From: Catajapyx aquilonaris
Taxonomy: Eukaryota
Direction: 5' to 3'
NCBI GenBank assembly: GCA_000934665.2
Contig: KZ538956.1
Coordinates: 1-38,628 of the forward strand
Length of the DNA stretch: 38,628 nucleotides
Below, piece after piece: positions 36,521 to 38,628 of this stretch. Position 1 is the first letter of the stretch; every line of letters begins with the position of its first letter. The translations under genes and the position numbers were made by a program. Below the pieces are notes generated by a model. The model searched no databases. It saw nothing but the letters and a program-made list of their open reading frames with translations, and was not told the origin of the DNA.

Positions 36521-36913
36521 GGGGTCGTCCATAAACCACGTGACCGTATTGGGGGGAAGGGGGGGGGTCTGCTGATATACCACGGTTGGTCACNNNNNNN
36601 NNNNNNNNNNNNNNNNNNNNNNNNNNNNNNNNNNNNNNNNNNNNNNNNNNNNNNNNNNNNNNNNNNNNNNNNNNNNNNNNNNNNNNNNNNNNNNNNNNNN
36701 NNNNNNNNNNNNNNNNNNNNNNNNNNNNNNNNNNNNNNNNNNNNNNNNNNNNNNNNNNNNNNNNNNNNNNNNNNNNNNNNNNNNNNNNNNNNNNNNNNNN
36801 NAAAAAAGGGGGGGGGGGGGGGTTCCAATGGATACCACGGTCGGTCACTGGGGGGGAGGGGGGGGGGGTCAAAAAGTACCCGAAAATCGGTCACGTGGTT
36901 TATGGACGACCCC
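36521..36913. mobile_element. PIF/Harbinger-type MITE spanning an assembly gap
   Basis: TAA|GGGGTCGTCCATAAACCACGTGACCG...CGGTCACGTGGTTTATGGACGACCCC|TAA (26-bp perfect TIR), with internal poly-G tracts and a repeated ATACCACGGT.GGTCAC. Confidence 0.9.
36594..36800. other. Assembly gap (207 N)
   Basis: Run of N. Confidence 1.
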
Positions 36914-38628
36914 TAATGTGAACCTGCCACTCTACGAATTCAGCAAATAATAATTGTCTTGCCGTGAATGTTTTGTGAATTGCTGCAAGTTACACCTTCG
37001 ATATCCTAAGTCTAGTAACTTTATCCCAGCTATCACATGGTTTATTATACAAGAAAACTTCAGATTGTAAGGTTCCTCTAGCTGTCTGTGAAAGTATACA
37101 ACAGAATGTAAAACCGTAACTCGTCATCAATCTTATCATACACGCAACCTGACGCAACGAAGGAAAATTCGAATTGAAAGATGTTGGCATCCTGTGCACG
37201 GGTAGGTTGGCAACACTGAAAATCGCTAGATGGCACCAGGTGTACTTACTTTTTGACTGTGTATGTAGTCACTGTGCCCTCTGCTCGCCCCTAGGTTGAC
37301 CCCTGGGTCGGCCCCTGGTCGTCTGAACGCCCATTCCATTTTCCTCGCCATGCCGGAATGAAGTGTAGAGAGGGTAATGGTTAGGGTGGGGGAGGCAACC
37401 ATGTAGGGGACCCTGGATGGCACCAGCTCATGCGGTCGCGTGGTCCGACATGGGCGGCTACTGGTATGATGCTGTACAGTACAGTGCAACTCATGTGTCA
37501 GATGGTATTGTACAAGTCCGGCAACATTGAAGGCAAGAGCCGGGAAATAGACTGGCATTGTGTAGATCCATAGGACCTGTTGGGAACAGCTAGAGTGTGG
37601 AAAAGCTTACTTGTTGATAGGACAATAATATTAAATGTGTTAATGACGGGTGATTGTGTCCAAATACCCCATGTGTTTCAGAATGTAGCTCGCATCATAT
37701 CATATTTTTGTGTGTGCAAATTCTTGCTTTAGTTGACTTACCATATTTGTATAAATACTGGTATGTAGGCCTATGTAGCATTGGAAAACCTGTTAAATAT
37801 TTACAGTAGTGTGTCATTGATACACTTGGAGACAAGGGGGTAATAATGAGTAGAATTGAGCATCCAAAGATTTTCACTGATACAGATGTGAGCTCAAGTA
37901 TGAAACACAGCATAATGCTCAGCTCCAGATGCTGTGAAAGTTTGTGAGCCTATACAAACAAAATAACAGAATGAGGAACCCTACTTTCTGAATAATTCTT
38001 CTTGTGTAGTTGATAAACATTTTAAGTGCAGGCCTTCTGCAATGTAGGCTGGGAAAAGGCTTTATAATCATGTCAGGTGTAAATGGCCTTTACTTTTGGT
38101 TTGCCTGGTCTTGCAAAGGCCTTCCAGCATATTATGTCTGTCTCTAGTAAGTCAGCAGTTTGAAAGCTGGATAAAATGAAGAGTCAATTTAGGAGACAGT
38201 AATAATTCTGCATATCTAATAGCCAATGTGAGGGATTGTAGTGATTATTCTTCAGAATAAAATATCAAGTCATAAAAGGTATTTTTACATGGGCTGTTAT
38301 AAAAATAATGTCATGGTGCATATGATTTTACTTGAAAACCTGAACACTTATAATGTTGCACTCACTGCATTTCTAAAGGGGTCATTGAAGTACTTTCTGG
38401 AATGGTATGCAGATAGTATGCCAATCCCTTGAAGAAGCTAGGAAAAATAGCAATGTATGATACAGTGCTGGACATATTAGCCGTCGCTGAATGTTTTTTT
38501 CCGGCGGCGGCGGCGTTACCTGGCAACCCCGTCCGGCGGGCCAATTCAAACATCAGCCCATGGAGAGCGCTTCCATTGTTGCCACTGTTTACAAATCGAG
38601 TGAGTGACGCGGACGACCCAGCGGCGGG

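Overview
Eukaryotic, most likely arthropod, genomic DNA that is rich in introns and repeats. Two protein-coding genes can be reconstructed by hand. (1) A plus-strand, DUF4758-like Ser/Thr-rich mucin-type gene. It has a 75-nt exon (24452-24526), a single ~10.5-kb coding exon (24808-35298) and a 45-nt exon (35827-35871), all symmetric phase 1-1; its first and last exons were not identified. (2) A minus-strand four-exon gene (7142-5161) that the ORF track shows only in fragments. Once spliced it encodes a complete PHD finger followed by a divergent TIF1/Bonus/SP100-type bromodomain. The rest is mostly non-autonomous transposon debris: Tc1/mariner-type and PIF/Harbinger-type MITEs, three tRNA-derived SINEs (one with a V/Meta-like domain), a complete mini-Helitron, probable non-LTR retrotransposon relics, microsatellites and a 207-nt assembly gap. 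I see no evidence of a wholly new system. The best leads are the atypical PHD-bromo gene, the giant modular exon and a possible antisense spliced transcript at the right end. All calls are by eye, without database searches.
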